A stretch of DNA of 64,000 nucleotides from Octopus sinensis (GCF_006345805.1 NC_042998.1:42346001-42410000), one strand, 5' to 3'; counted from the first letter of the stretch, positions 39,045 through 53,921 are shown. Numbers and translations are program-made. Notes: a model not told the origin generated them from the sequence alone.

Positions 39045-39584
39045 GACAGCTGTTTGTATAGATATGCTGAAAGTAACTGCAAAAGCTTTTACAGGAAGCA
39101 AGTTGACCACAGAGTTTGATCAAACTCCTGACAGTCGCAGTCATATTATTGGGACCAAATCCGATAGCTATCTACCTGATGTAAAAACCACCACAACTGC
39201 ACCAGCTATGGGTACCAATCTATTGAGCAGTAATGACAACACACACACAGCTAGTATATTGCATACCACTAAATCAGACAGTGCTACCATTAATCATCAA
39301 AGACGGCCACCTAGAACAACTCAGGTAAAGTTTCTATCAAGTACAACTTCCTCACCAACAAGACATTTTTTCACAAGTGTTAATAGTTTACAGCCTAAAA
39401 AATTAACTACAAAAAGCAGAAATGATAGCATTAGGAAAGCAAAAGTGACTCTAATGGAAACTGAAGACCCAATTGAAGATAAGGTGGACTATTCTGACTT
39501 TCAAGATCTTTTACCTGTCGTTGCATTGGTGGAAAAGTTACAAAGTCAAGTGACTGATTTACAACGACTGCGAGATCAGGACAA
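39045..39584 (+). CDS. Large internal coding exon of an unidentified protein: Ser/Thr-rich mucin-like stretch followed by a predicted coiled coil
   Basis: 540 bp open frame in non-repetitive DNA, bounded by acceptor ttattattgtttAG and a perfect donor AA|GTAAGT (phase 2-2). It ends ...DYSDFQDLLPVVALVEKLQSQVTDLQRLRDQDK, which is heptad-like. The N-terminal TAVCID could be the end of a signal peptide (inference). Confidence 0.72.
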
Positions 39585-42500
39585 GTAAGTTTCTATGTAT
39601 CATTACTATTGTCTATATTGATCAAAATTTCAATCTTATTTTTACCTTAAATCATATCAGTAATCCTCCACTAATTTTAACATGCTCAAAAGAAAGTTTA
39701 AAATTAATATAAAGAATTAAATTTAATGCTAAACTTCATTGTATGCTTATGTACTCTACAGTTCTTTTTATATTTTTACTGTACACTTTAATTCCTTCCA
39801 CTTTTCTATTAGAAAAAAAAAATGATGTTTTATAACATCAAAGTATGTTGGTTGTTTATTAAATAACTATCATTCTGTGTTATTCTTTGCTAAATAACCA
39901 TGGACTATTATACCAAGAGGGCTTTGAACATATTTCATGTTTATTTGGCTGTTGTATTCATTATAACTGCTAATTTAACAAGTGAACATACTTTACCTTA
40001 TATGACTACATTATTTAAATAAATAAAGACAGCATTTTCTTCTTTTATGCCTCATGAGATTTCTGTTCTCCAGCTGTGTAGCATGATTGGTATATTTAAA
40101 TACCAACTCCTATTATTCTTAAATTATTTATATAACTTTGCATCATATCATTCACTATTCTTTGATAGATATAAAGGTCTGTTTTTAAATAATATTAATA
40201 CTCTAAAAATGTTATTCCTTCCTTCCTTCTTTCCTTCCACCCTTCCTTCCTTCCTTCCTTCATTCATTCATTCATTCATTCATTCCAAAATAGACTATAT
40301 ATGGTTAATATTTGCTTTTCTCTATTAGATGACTTGGGACTTGTGAACATGTGTTTTTAAGGTTTCATGCTTTTCACACAGCTTAGATGTTCTAATCATA
40401 ACAAAGCTATAAGAGATGAGTATATTGCTTCACATGTACATAAACTGAAGCAGAATGATTTAGGGTGGTGAGGTGGAGAGGCTATGCTGTCATTTTTTTT
40501 TCAACCCGCTCAATCTAGTAAATAAACTTCTCTTGATAAACTTCTTATACATACAGGCATAGCTTTGCAACCACATGGTTTTGAGTTCAATCCCATAGCA
40601 CAGCACTTTTGGCAAATGTCTTTAACTATAGCCTCGAGCTGAGGGAATTTAGTGGATTGAAATTGTGGAGAAGCTTGTTGTGTATATGTGTGTGTGTGTG
40701 TGGTGTGTGTGCGTGCATGCATGTGTGTGCATGTGTGTGTGTGTGTGTGTGTGCGTGTGTGTATGTATGTGTGTGTGTGTTTGGGTTTGAGTGTGTCTCT
40801 CCCCATTGCCTGACAACCGGTATTGTTTGTTTATTCCTTTATCCCTGTAACTTAGTTGCTCAGCAAAAGAGACTGATAGACTTTAGAAAACAAATACTAG
40901 GATCAATTTGTTTGACTTAAGCCATCAAAGTGATGCCCCTGCTTGGCTGCCACCCAATGACTGAAATAAATAAAAGACAAAAGATAAAGGACTATATGTA
41001 TGTTTGAAATCCTTAATCTTTCCATAATCTTGTTCTGTAACAAAAAAGAGAAGTGAATAGAAGGAATGCACTTTATTGAAGAGATACTCCATGAGCATGA
41101 GGATAACCTCATCTTCATTTCAAGGACGTGATATGAAGTCTCTTGATATGGATGCCCTGAGATGAGGGGAGGTTGAAAATGATTGCCCACACTAGAAATA
41201 AATAGTGCGAAAGGAATGAAACAAGGGGAAGAAAAGCAGGAACTTGCCACAAGAGAAAAGTACACTTGACTGAAGGAAAACCAGTAGTACTGGCAGAGAG
41301 CTCGTTCAAATGTGGTCCCTTGTGTGTGATTGTCACTGCTGCATGGGCCTCTACAGCCACAGCAAAAGCTGCACCACCATCAGCAGCTTATGTGATTTCT
41401 TTTGGGATAGATCCATAGTTTCTCAAGTCTGGCAGATGCTTACTACCTCTTTACTAGGTATTTTTGCTGGGGCAGAGTTGTCTCAGACTACTAACCAACA
41501 AGTTTGATCTGACAAATTAAAGAAAAGTAATAAAAAGAAAACAAAGAAAAACTGATTTTCTGTTGGTTACAAGGACTCGGGTTCCAGTTAATCCGATCAA
41601 TGGAACAGCTCATGAAATTAATGTGCAAGTGGTTGAGCACTCCATGGACATAGTTTTTGGGGAGATTTAGCATGGTACAGAATGTGACAAAGCCGGCCCT
41701 TTGAAATATGTGTACTACTGACTTTTGGTACCTGAATGGTGTGGAGCAATGTGAAATAAAGTGTCTTGCTCAAGGACACAATGTGCTGCTGGGAATTGAA
41801 ATCATGACCATACAATTGTGAGCTGAAAACCCTAACCACTAAGCTATGTGCTTAACCGTTGGCTAGGGCAGCGAGCTGGCAGAAACGTTAGCATGTCGGG
41901 TGAAATGCTTAGCAGTATTTCGTCTGCCGATATGTTCTGAGTTCAAATCCTGCCGAGGTCGACTTTACCTTTTATCCTTCCAGGGTCAATTAAATAAGTA
42001 CCAGTTACGCACTGGGGTCAATGTAATCGACTCAATCCCTTTGGCTGTCCTTGTTTGTCCCTTCTATGTTTAGCCCCCTGTGGGCAATAAAAAAATAAAC
42101 ATTTAAACTGGTTGTATCTGGTCCAAATATTTTATTTATTTTATGTTCAAACTGACCAGATCTGGCCTTTCAAACCTACCTTACAATGTAATTCTGAAAA
42201 ATAACCAATCACATCATTGAAATTTCAAAGATATGAGATAATGCATGATTAGTTGAAAATGTGAATGCACAAGTATTGCATTTGGCAGAGTGATCTGAGC
42301 ACTAAAGGGTTTAAACAAGAATAATTATCTAGGAAATGAACCCAATGACCAAGACACTGTATCACCACTATCATCATGATTGGTTCTGAAAATTGAAAGA
42401 AATCTGTTTGCGGAAAAAAAAATGTTATATCATAAAATTAGTATGAGTCAACCTTTTCTTCAATGCTTGCTGTCATCGTCATTGTTTCAATAACATTGAT

Positions 42501-43324
42501 GGTATTCCCCCACCTCATTGTCCTCCTCCTTAACAGAGCTTCTTGATGATTCTCCTCCACCCCCTCCTTCCCTTCTTCATCATCGTTGTTGTTGTCATTG
42601 TTGTTGTTATTGCTATTGCTGTGCAATTAATGCTGTCCTCTTTGTCCAGTGCTTACTGTCATTGTTGTACCACTCTGAAGCCATCCTCTACTTCTTGACT
42701 ACCTCTACCACAACCACCACCACCACCATCATCATAGTCATCATCCCCTCCTGCTGTGCTGGTACTGCCACCATCACCCCCACCATAACTGTTGTCATCA
42801 CTGTCGTTGTCACAGTCATTGTCGCCGTCATCGTTATTGTCGTCATCATCATCATCATCCTCAACAGCAGCAGTAGCACCAGTAACTCTACTACCACCCC
42901 TACAGCCACCAGCCTTATTACACCATTGTCATTGTTTATAAAGCTATTGGGGCAGGTAGACTGGTTAGGTTGTCCTATGGTATATTTAGTTACAACTCTG
43001 TGTTCTGAGTTCCAATCCTGCCATAGTCAACTTTGCTTTTTCATTCTTCTGAAAACTATAAAACCAAGTGTCAGTTCAATACTGGGATTGATATAACCAA
43101 CTATTCCCTACCCCAACTCTCTGCTCCCTACAAATTTCTGGCCTTGTGCTTCTGTTAGAAATTATTATTATCCTACTGATGAGACCCTCCATCAGTTTAT
43201 CTTTATCCTTAGCAGGGACCCCAGCCACTGGGTCATGGACCAGTACTAGGCAGTGGATCATTTGGTACTGGCCCACACAGAAAGAAAAAATTTCTTAATT
43301 CTATTTCTATTTTATTGACTAATT

Positions 43325-43835
43325 GTGGAGAGAACCTGTGGAAAGGATAGACCCAGAAAAATGTAGGATGAAATGGTGAGAAAGGATCTTCAGATGTTGG
43401 GTCTTAATGAGCAGATGACAAGGGATTGAGACTTCGGTGATTTGCTATACTTGAGAAGACAAGTCAAGCTAAGTAAAATTGTGACCATACATACATACAG
43501 ACATGTCCTTTATGGTCACACCCCCACTCTCTCTCTCAGCTGAGAAGTCTTTGTCTTGTAGGTGCTGGTGCCATGTAAAATGCATTCATGCTGGTGCCTT
43601 GTAAAATGCACTTGTGCTGGTTCTATGTGAAATGCACTCATGCTGGTGCCATGTAAAAGCACCCAGCACAATCTGTAAAGTTGTTGGCATTAGGAAGGGC
43701 ATCCAACCATAGCAACCATGCCAAAACATAATTGGAGCTTGGATAGCTCTTTAGCTGGCCAGCTCCTGTCAAACCATCCAACTCATGCCAGCATGGAAAA
43801 CAGACGTTAAATGATGATGATGGTAATGATGATAA
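43325..43835 (+). mobile_element. RTE-clade LINE 3' end: ORF2 C-terminus, 3' UTR with four ~29 bp tandem units, and (GAT)n tail
   Basis: Decayed GRPRKxWDEMVRKDLQMLGLNEQMTRD...LEKTSQAK*, then (TGCTGGTGCCATGTAAAATGCA..)x4 and the shared tail. Confidence 0.75.
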
Positions 43836-44998
43836 CTATTGCAACCAACAGGGTGTTTTTGTATTATATATGTAATATATATTTGTTATAATCAAATCAT
43901 ATTTGTTGCACTTTATTGTGTTTTGTCATATGTGAAATCCACCAGTTTGTAGAAAAATTATTTTGACTGCAAAAAAGGTTGTGGACTAAGGTATTATAGT
44001 ATCTTTTATTTTTTACCTATTTCAGTCATTTGACTACCGCCAAGCTGGGGCAATGCCTTGAAGAGTTTAGTTGAACAAATCGGCTCACTACTTATTTTAA
44101 GTCTGGTACATATTCTATCAGTATCTTTTGCCAAATCACTTAATTATGGGAATGCAAACAAACCAACACTAATTGCCAAATGGTGGTAGGGTTAAACTTG
44201 TTCCTGACTGTTTGTCCATCACTACCACTGATATTGTACAATCATTCACATTTAATGTCTTTTCTTAAACCTTGTCAATTTTTCTTGTGGGATCCCCATT
44301 GCTTTTTATTCTTCCATATCGATTGTTGGCCATTACATATTTCATATGTATATCATGCCCCACTTTACCCAATGTGCGTTTTTAAGTTTAAAATAATAAG
44401 ATACAATTTGAGAGAGATTTTGCCATCATTTCTAGCTGAATGAGTGACTGCATGGAGGCTATCTTGTTGGCTTTAAATACTTGTTAAATACTGAAGGCAC
44501 TTGTAATTGATCTCAAATCATTTCTTTCCTAAATTACATGTAGCTTTGGGCTTTATTTTCCAACATACAAATTGACATAGTATATAGTATAAACATGTAG
44601 AACAAACATTCAAACACTGCCACTATCTTTCCAAATCTTACTGCATTTCATGTAAAATTTTTGGTTCTCCAGAGTCATCTTGGATTATAAGTCTACCTAC
44701 CTATTTTGGTTAAATTTTGGCCTGAAAATTCAACTTGTGTGCTGGAAAATATGGTAGTTATAACTTTATCAACTTTAAGTTCCATCAATAAAAATGATTT
44801 ATTTCAAAACTTATGGTTGTTGTTGTTCAGGCCCATGGTATTGTCCTGATCCTTTTTGTTCAGAGTTCAAATCTTGCTGAAGCCAACTTTTCCCCTAATA
44901 TTTTTAAGATCAATAAAAAACAAGTTACAATATAGAATAGTGAACTAATGGAGCTGTAAGAGCATCTGATGGGATGTCAAGCAGTGTTTGTCCTTGTT

Positions 44999-45312
44999 CA
45001 GGGCTGAAACCCACAGGCCGCATGTGGCCCACAGACTTTTATCTTACAGCTTGCTTGATATTTTCTTGAAGTATTGTGTTTAATTTCAAAATAAAATTGT
45101 TTGTGTAAAACATTTGCTTCAAAATAAATTTATAAGTGGCAATAAAGCAATAGACTATAATTTTATAATTTTAAACAAATGAAAAGTATGAAAAATTCTT
45201 GATTCTGTAATTTAATTATTTGACTATTAGTGCATAAAGTATACAAGTGGCCCTCAAAAAAACTTTCTGTGATTAAAGTGGCTCACAATGTAATTCTAAT
45301 TGGCCAGGCCTG
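44999..45312. mobile_element. hAT (Charlie-like) MITE
   Basis: CAGG...CCTG ends, subterminal GGCCGCATGTGGCCC and GTGGCCCTC motifs, and an imperfect 8 bp TSD (TCCTTGTT / TTCTAGTT). Similar remnants lie at about 47113-47290 and 46245-46420. Confidence 0.5.
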
Positions 45313-45504
45313 TTCTAGTTCTTAGTATTTTCTGAGTTCAAATCCAATTACAGCTTGTTTGAGTGGTAGGCTTAATTCATTACCCAGTTTTAGGCTGCCA
45401 TCTTGCACCTTGGGTACATTTATTCCATATTGTTGTAGGCATTCAGATTAGCTTCCCAATTTGAGCATACCTTCCAATATCCCTCTTTGAGGTGCATGGC
45501 TCAC

Positions 45505-45830
45505 TGGTTAGAATATTGAGCTTACAATCATGAGGTAGTGAGTTTGATTGCGTGGGCTGAGGTGTGTGTTGCGTTCTTGAGCAAGATACTTTATTTCATG
45601 TTATTCCAGTTCACTCAGCTGTAGAAATGAGTTGCAACGTCATTGGTACCAAGCTGTATTGGCCTTTGCCTTTCCCTTAGATAACATCAGAGGCATGGTG
45701 GTGGGGAGAGGCTGGTATGCATGGGCGACTGCTGGTCTTCCATAAGCAATCTTGCCCAGATTTGTGCCTTGGAGGGGAACTTTCTAGGTGCAATCCCATG
45801 GTCATTCATGACTGAAGGGAGTCTTTACTC
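45505..45830 (+). mobile_element. Older tRNA-derived SINE with a conserved-domain-like body
   Basis: Decayed tRNA head followed by TTCTTGAGCAAGATACTTTATTTC...CCAGTTCACTCAGCTGTAGAAATGAGT. A related head lies at about 41570-41835 (-). Confidence 0.55.
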
Positions 45831-46467
45831 TTAAAAAAAAAGGGACACTGTCTGCCCTCCTGATTGAAATGTTACTTGTAAAAATGTAAAATATAAAATG
45901 TTAAACATCCAGCCAAAACAGATGAACAATGTTGCCAAGATAAAATGTGCTTCAATATCTAATGGACTTTTGCTGAAAGAATGGTATTTCAAGTCTCTGT
46001 GAAGTTAAAATGATACACAATGATTATTGTTATCATTCCCAGGTCAGCTCTAATTAAGCAGATCTATGATAAAAAGATGTTGCTGCCAAGTCGTCATCTA
46101 ACGTGTCTTTCATTTAAGACTGTACAGTATAGTTTGAGGGTATGATTTAGATCCTATTAACATACTACTGCATACTACAGCATGATGTAGGGTATGATTT
46201 AGTAACTATTTCTAGCAGACTAAGTGACTGTAAAGTAGAAGTGTCAAACACATTTGGCTTTGTGAGCTGGGTTGAAGCATAAATTAGATCTTGTGGGTCA
46301 GATAGGGTAAATATATCCAAAAGCCCTATTCATAATGGCAAAAGTAAATGAATGAGTGGGGATCAATATACATTATGATAATTTTAGAAATGATAAAAAA
46401 AGGGAAGAATATGAAATTTTAGCAAAGTTTACGCAAGGAGTTGTGAAGGAAAAAAATCACCCACATG

Positions 46468-46553
<86 letters not shown>

Positions 46554-46709
46554 TCCGTTAAACAAGAGACCTTATGTGAAAACAGAGATGGAAATTATTC
46601 AAATGAATGCATAGAATTCTTGAAGATTAATACTTGATAGAAAGCTGAGGCTATTTCAGCTACAAGACCTTTCAATATCATTTATATCACAAGAATCCAT
46701 TTAGACAGA

Positions 46710-46740
<31 letters not shown>

Positions 46741-49546
46741 ACAACTCTTCTATTTGACAAAGTGAAGGGAAAATTTTAATATATGGATTCATAAACTTCT
46801 TTTTCATTGGCTGAGATAACAAAAGGTTTCCTATAGTGCACTGATTTGATTGGTGTAAATCACTACTCTTGATTGTCTCTGATTCTAAAATCAATACTAG
46901 TGATATATATTTTACAAAATGATAATTTTTTCTAAACTGAGCCAGGGTAACCTTGAAGTGCCTAAATCTGGTTATTGTTATTGTCAGGTCACCCTGACTT
47001 AGTTGATTTATGATCCAAAGACATACTGGCCATAACTGTCCCACCTTTTTTTTTCAGACAGGTATATATCTAGGACCACATTATGTAATGTATCTTTCCT
47101 TTAAGATTGTTGTGCAGTGGCTCCAAAACTGGAGTCTATAAACTCCTAGGGATCCACAAAGAAAGTCCTGTGGGTCCATGTGTAGAGCTGAAAATTTGTC
47201 GAGTAGATTGACTTTTAAAACCATGTGATCCATGGGAAAATATATTTGAATTAAAAGGGTTTTTGGTCAGAAAAAGTTTGGGATCCCCTTCTGTTGGGTG
47301 TGATTTGAAGAAGATTTGGTTGCTGTTTCTACTAGGATAAGTGACTGTAAAATGGCTTTCTAAGTGGCACAGATACAGTATGTTAAAATGATAGATTAAA
47401 ATCCTATCATTATACATTAACAGCCAGACCTTCTGGATGTAGACACAAGAGACCTGATATTGTGTCTGTCAAGGTTAGTGAAAGGACATTTTATGGTTTA
47501 CAAAGTTTCAAGAAATAGGTCAGAACTTTCTGAGACAATATGAGGAAGTTGGACAAGTATAGTATCAAAAACAGTTAAGGTATTAGGTTAGCTTTTAAAA
47601 GCTTTAGTTCTTGTTGAATTAATACAAATAAAAACATCCTGCAAAAAATCTGTATTGCTTGGAACTACTTAGAAAAGTATTAGTCAGCAAAATATTTGCT
47701 AAATCATCATCATCATCATTTAACGTCCGCTTTCCATGCTAGCATGGGTTGGACAGTTCGACCAGGGTCTGGTAAGCCATGGAGGCTGCAGGAGGCTCTA
47801 GTCTGATTTGGCAGTGTTTCTACAGCTGGATGCCCTTCCTAACACCAACCACTCCATGAGTGTAGTAGGTGTTTTTTACGTGCCACCAGCACAGGGGCCA
47901 GAGCAGGCTGGCAAACGGCCATGATCAGTTGATGCTTTTATGTGTCACCGACATGGATGCCAGTCAGGCGGTGCTGGCATCTGCCACATTCTGTGTGTCA
48001 CCGGCACAAGTATCTTAACTATAATTTCCATTTGATTTTTATTTTGATGTTGACGTACTTGACTCAATAGGTCTCCTCAAATTGAACATTTGATTTGAAA
48101 TGTAAAAAAGGGATTCTGGAAACCTCTATTTTCACAATGTATTAAAATGACTGTAGTCTGCACTAAATGTTTATAAACGATTGATAGCAAAAGAATGAAA
48201 TATATCAGTTTCTTTTTACTATTTCAATGAATTGAACACTATGAAAATACAGATTCTGGTGTAATTTTATCTTATATTTGATTGTGCAATAAATTTCTTG
48301 AATAAAGAAATCTTCGTTATAGATACAATTTGTAAAAGGATATGGTTGAGTCAAATAGAAATGTTGTTTTCAAACACACATTATTCTAATACATATAAAG
48401 AAAATATATTCCAGAGAGAATAAATAAATATATAAGTGGAATTTTTAAAAGGTTTGGACTGAGTAGAACATAGTCAATAATGTCTACATAATTGTTATCT
48501 TCAGGATAATGAGTTAAATAATGTGAAAGCCACTGGGTAATTGAAGAATACCAAAGGGTATTGAAATATATGAAAAGAGATAAGTGAAACGGTTTTTATG
48601 CTAATGCATTTCAATAAAAAAAGAAGCGTTTACAGGATGTTAAGTAAATTATCTTTATGTAAAACATACTGTCAGTAGAAAAAAAAATGTTTATTCTTAT
48701 TTTATTATATTATCAGTATATATGTTATATTCTTTTATTTTTTTTATTCTTTTACTTGCTTTGGTTATTAGACCACATCCATGCTGGGGCAACCCCCTTG
48801 AAGTATTTATAGTCCAATGGATTGACCCCAGCACTTGTTTTATTTTAAGCTGGGTACTTATTCTATCAGGCTCCTTTGCTGAACCTCTAAGTTACAGGGA
48901 TGTATAAACACACCAATAACAGTTGTCATGCAGTAGTAGAGGACACATGACAGGTTTCTTTCAGTTTCTGTCTACCAAATCCACTCACTAGAAGACATTT
49001 GCCCAAGGTGCCATGCAGTGGGACTGAACTTAGAACCATGTAGTTGGGAAGCAAGCTTCTTACCACACAACTAACTGCAATATGTTGTAAAGTCACTGCT
49101 GTGAGGGCACCAAGCTGTAGAAACCATGCCAAAGCAGACACTGGAGCATGATGCTGTCCTTGGACTCCTCATATCCTGTCAAACCATGAAACTCATGACA
49201 GCTTAGAACATGGACATTAAATGGTAATGGTGATGAATATCTTACTGCTTGTTAATAATTTGCAGAAATCTCATAATTTATTGCCTAATATGCAAATTTG
49301 GTTAATTTCCTACTGTAGTTAATCAAATAATTATATCATTCATTGAGGTTATGCAATTAGGCAGAATCAACTGCATTAATATTCTCAACTAGAAGCTAAG
49401 TGAAATAACAGTGACTGCCCTTAAAATACACATCACCTAAAAAGTAACTCAGGAAAGATGACTTTTATCATGACCATAGGGAGTAGCAGCCTTCTGCAAT
49501 TAGAAAACTATTATGAAATATCTACATGAATAAAAAATATCTATGT

Positions 49547-49728
49547 GGCTAGGTGCAGGCATAGCTCTGTGGTAAGAAGCTTGCTTCCTAACCACATGGT
49601 TCTGGGTTCAGTCTCACTGTGTGGTACCTCGGGGCAAGTGTCTTCTACTATAGCCTTGGGCTGACCAAAGACTTATGAGTGGATTTGGCAGATAGAAACT
49701 AAAGAGGCCCGTCATATATCTATGTCTA

Positions 49729-49801
<73 letters not shown>

Positions 49802-50022
49802 GTATGCATATATTTGTATGTCTGCATTTGTCCTCCCACCATCACTTGACAACCAATGTTGGTATGTTTACGTTCCCATAACTTAGTGGTTCAGCAAATG
49901 AGACTAATAGAATAAGTCCTAGGCTTACAAAGAATAAGTCCCCGAATCGATTTGTTTGACAAAAGGTGGTGCTCCAGCATGGCTGTGGTCAAATGACTGA
50001 AACATGTAAAAGAGCGAAAGAA
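49547..50022 (+). mobile_element. SINE family A, full length, with expanded internal (TA)n
   Basis: GGTGCAGGCATAGCTCTGTGGTAAG head through to the GGTGCTCCAGCATGGCTGTGGTCAAATGACTGAAAC tail. Confidence 0.85.
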
Positions 50023-50363
50023 TATGAATAAAAGCAGATATTTTTTGTGTGATTAGAGAAATCAGAGCAGCAGATATCTGTGAGAAAGCTAAAAAGTAAA
50101 TTAAAATTTGAATTTTAAGAAAATGGCATACTTAAACATTAGCAATAAAAGTTCCTGCATAACTAAACTCAACAAGATTGGGTTAAGTGAGAATGGTTTA
50201 AGAAAATATTTCAACACTAGCTAAGAAGCTGAAGACTCAAGAACAGGAATGAAGTATTTTTGTTTAAGACACAAAAGTAAAGCATTTCACTAGAAACTAT
50301 ATAAAAAACAACATAAAAAGAACCAATATATATATATATCACATACATACATACATACATACA

Positions 50364-50408
<45 letters not shown>

Positions 50409-51863
50409 TGTGTCTGTGTGTGCATATGTTCTTTATGGATTCAAAAGCTGAGTTTCTGAATTTGATTATCAAAAGATTCAGTTATCTTTTGGTTACCAAT
50501 TAAAGTATGTTTTTTTGCACAAATCTTTTTTACTACACAAATAACCTCGTAAACAAGGTTAGGTCATACAATTTTAAGGTCTTTAGCTAAGGGCGACGAC
50601 TCATGTTTGAACAACCTTAAAATACATGGAGTTTTACCAGGGAATGAAGCTTCAAAGGTATACCATCAACTTTATTAGAATTATTTAGTAGATAATCTTT
50701 TAATGTGAAGTATGTTTGCCTGTGTTTTGTTTAGCTCTGATGTAGTTGACCCATTGCATAGTTTTCTTTTCTTCCTGAAATACTGTAAATCTGTGTCTTT
50801 CTTTTGATGAAAGGGTGGGTTTTAAGAGAGATTTAGCTGCTATATGTAGTTGCTCAAGTTGCCACAGAGACACCTCTGAGTGTGTGTGTGTGTGTGCGTG
50901 TGTTTTGTTGTGAAAAAAGTACTTTTTCTCAATATTTTGCACAATAATGTTTAAAGAAATCTGGACATCTTTCTTACTGCTAACCATTCAATGCCAAATT
51001 ACAATTGTTAATTTTTGGAAGTCAAGTAGACTGAGATGTACATATAGTGTTATTGTATAGAGTGAAAGTTCAATATGAAGTTTTGAAATCCTTATCTTGT
51101 GATTAGTAATCCATTCCCTTAAATTGGAAGCCATTAAGTCTTTAAACATTATTTTACTGGGTTTAATCTTTCGACTGTCACCATGATGGGGTATCACCTT
51201 CAAAAATTTAATTGATCATACTGATCTTAGTACATATTTCAATCTAGCATTTTATTTTATAGATCTCTCCTTGATGAACTGCTAACTTTGACACAAGTAT
51301 TTTTTCCTATAGCCTTAAGCCAGCCACAGTCAAGTGGCTGGAATTTGGTAGATAGAAACTGCAGCGTTGTTCATCAGAAAATGACTGAAAAACATGTTTA
51401 TAAAGAAGAGTCGTTTGCTTCATACTCCTTGTGTGCCGATTCTGCCCATAAGAAAGGAACAAATACTACAATGTGGCTGTAGGTCATAATACCAGGATGC
51501 ATTGCTTGTATATCTATACTTATATCTATATCTATCTCTCTATTTCTCTCTCTCGATCTATCTATATATACATACATACATATACATACATATATATATA
51601 CAGACACATGTAGGGCACTGCCCAAGAATTTGTGACAGACGAACTGTTGACAGGAACTTCACTGTGGGCTAGCTAGGGAGCTGGTCTGCAACGAAGTGGA
51701 CTTCCGGTTAAGTGGACTTTCTACAAAGCAGGAGTTGGCTGTCACTCTCATGTATTTAACTAAATAAATCTTTTAGTAACACAATCTGGGTCTCCCATTA
51801 ATTTTTTGTGTAAGCTATACACACACAAGTATACATACATACATACATTCATATGTGCATATA

Positions 51864-51899
<36 letters not shown>

Positions 51900-52556
51900 C
51901 ATACACATACATATACATACATATATACATATATATGTATATAAGAAAAGTATTGAGAAAAAGTTGGAAATGCATCAAAATTTTCTCGTATATTTATATA
52001 TATTGTGTAATTAAAACTAGTGGAAAATAATTTTATTCTATATGTTTATATGCAAGAAAAATATAAACGTAATGATATGTTTTCACAGAATAATTGTTTT
52101 TGTATCACAGTTCAACTGAAATATATATATAGATAGATATACACATACACACGCACACAAACACATACGCATGCACATGTGCTCACACACACGCCAACTT
52201 TAAATATATAGAAAATGTGGAGAAACAATTATTCATATTGTGTGTGCTTACTTATTTTTAGTGAAAACTATATATGAGCACACATGACATTGATGGAAGT
52301 TTCATTCATTAGAAACAATGCAATTATTATGGAATATACACAGAACAAAAATAGTACAAATACCTCAAAAGGTCTCAGAAAGTCATAAGGTAAGATTTAC
52401 AGATTACCCAGACAGGAAAATTAAAGTATATCACCCAGGTAATGCCAGTAAGAAACACAGAATATGTGGACTGAAAACAGAAATAATCCCCATTATTAAC
52501 GGGGATTATTTCATACGTACATACATACATACATACCTCCTTCCCTCTGTCCCTCC

Positions 52557-52600
<44 letters not shown>

Positions 52601-53890
52601 ATAAATATATGGAGGTGATCCCTAGGTCAAGATTCCTACATCTATTTAAAGTAGTACCCATACCTCCTAAAAGACACTTTATTCATCCAGCTTGCTGATT
52701 CCTTCAGTTTCACTTTGAATCAGCAGTAATAAGGTCCCAGATGAAACTGTGCTGACCATGATCTCCGTATGCATATCTAACAGTGTACAGTCAATGCAGT
52801 TAAAATGCTCATAGGTCCAGAAAAGGCTACTGTAAATAACTGTTTAATAGAATTATGAATGTGAAAAATCTCCATTCTCCTTATCATTATTCCTAAACAA
52901 CACTTCTTTTAGCACTATTGACACCACTAGACTGAATGGTACTGCCCAGGTGTCAAAACCATAATGATATCTGTGGGGCAGCTGATGATGGAGGTATGTT
53001 GGATTGTTGGTAAGACTGTTTTTGTATATGTGGAATAGTGTTATAACACATCCTTTTGATATATATACAATATATATGTAAATAATATATATACACACAC
53101 ACACACACACATATTCTTTTATTCTTTTATTTGTTTTAGTCATTTGACTGCGGCTCTGCCTTTAGTCGAACAAATCAACCCCAGGACTTATTCTTTGTAA
53201 GACTAGTACTTATTCTACCAGTCTCTTTTACTGAACTGCTAAGTTACGGGAGCATAAACACGCCAACATCGGTAGTCAAGTGATGGTTGTGGGGGGACAA
53301 ACAGAGACATGTAAACACACACACACACACACCACACACACACACACACACATACATACATACGTACGTACGTACATACATACATACATACATACATACA
53401 TACATACATACTACATACATACATACATACATACATGCATGCATGCATGCATGTATGTATGTATGTATGATGGGCTTCATATAAAAAACTGCTTTATTGG
53501 GGACTGCTAGAATTGTGAGATTGGTGCTTGGGTGTTGAGTGCCTTCCACGAAAAGTTAACATCCAGGTACCAAATCTTATAATTTGTGAATTTGTGAAAA
53601 GAGACATTGTGAGACCTATGACAACAGGTTGCTGCCCACTCTCACAGAATCAACCAGAGCAAGTGAAACTGAGAGTTCAGAGAAGTAAAATAATAATAAT
53701 AATAATAATAAATTAAGGCCTGAAATTTTGGTGGAGGTGGTTGGTTTATTACATTGACCTCAGTGCTTGACAGCTACTTAATTTATTGACCCTAGAAGGA
53801 TGAAAGGTATAGCTGACCTTGGCAGAATTTGAACTCAAAATGTAAAGATGGATGAAATACCACTAAGCATTTTGCCATTTAATAATAATA

Positions 53891-53921
<31 letters not shown>

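Noticed and set aside
39900-40020. MDYYTKRAL, resembling the TBC motif DYYTK
   Set aside because: On the wrong strand for the TBC gene, and the remainder does not match.
42518-43096. 192 aa ORF
   Set aside because: Cryptic triplet low-complexity sequence running into a family B SINE; no splice or homology support.
43560-43670. Four ~29 bp direct repeats (CRISPR-like at first sight)
   Set aside because: Abutting tandem units without unique spacers, inside an RTE 3' UTR in eukaryotic DNA.
50988-51203. Minus-strand ORF containing MFKDLMASNL, reminiscent of TBC1D2 VFRDLMSEKL
   Set aside because: The similarity ends after a few residues, there is no FNWF motif, and no convincing splice sites.
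51609-51783. Possible solo LTR (TGT...AATAAA...ACA)
   Set aside because: No TSD, no second copy, and no PBS or PPT; cannot be supported.
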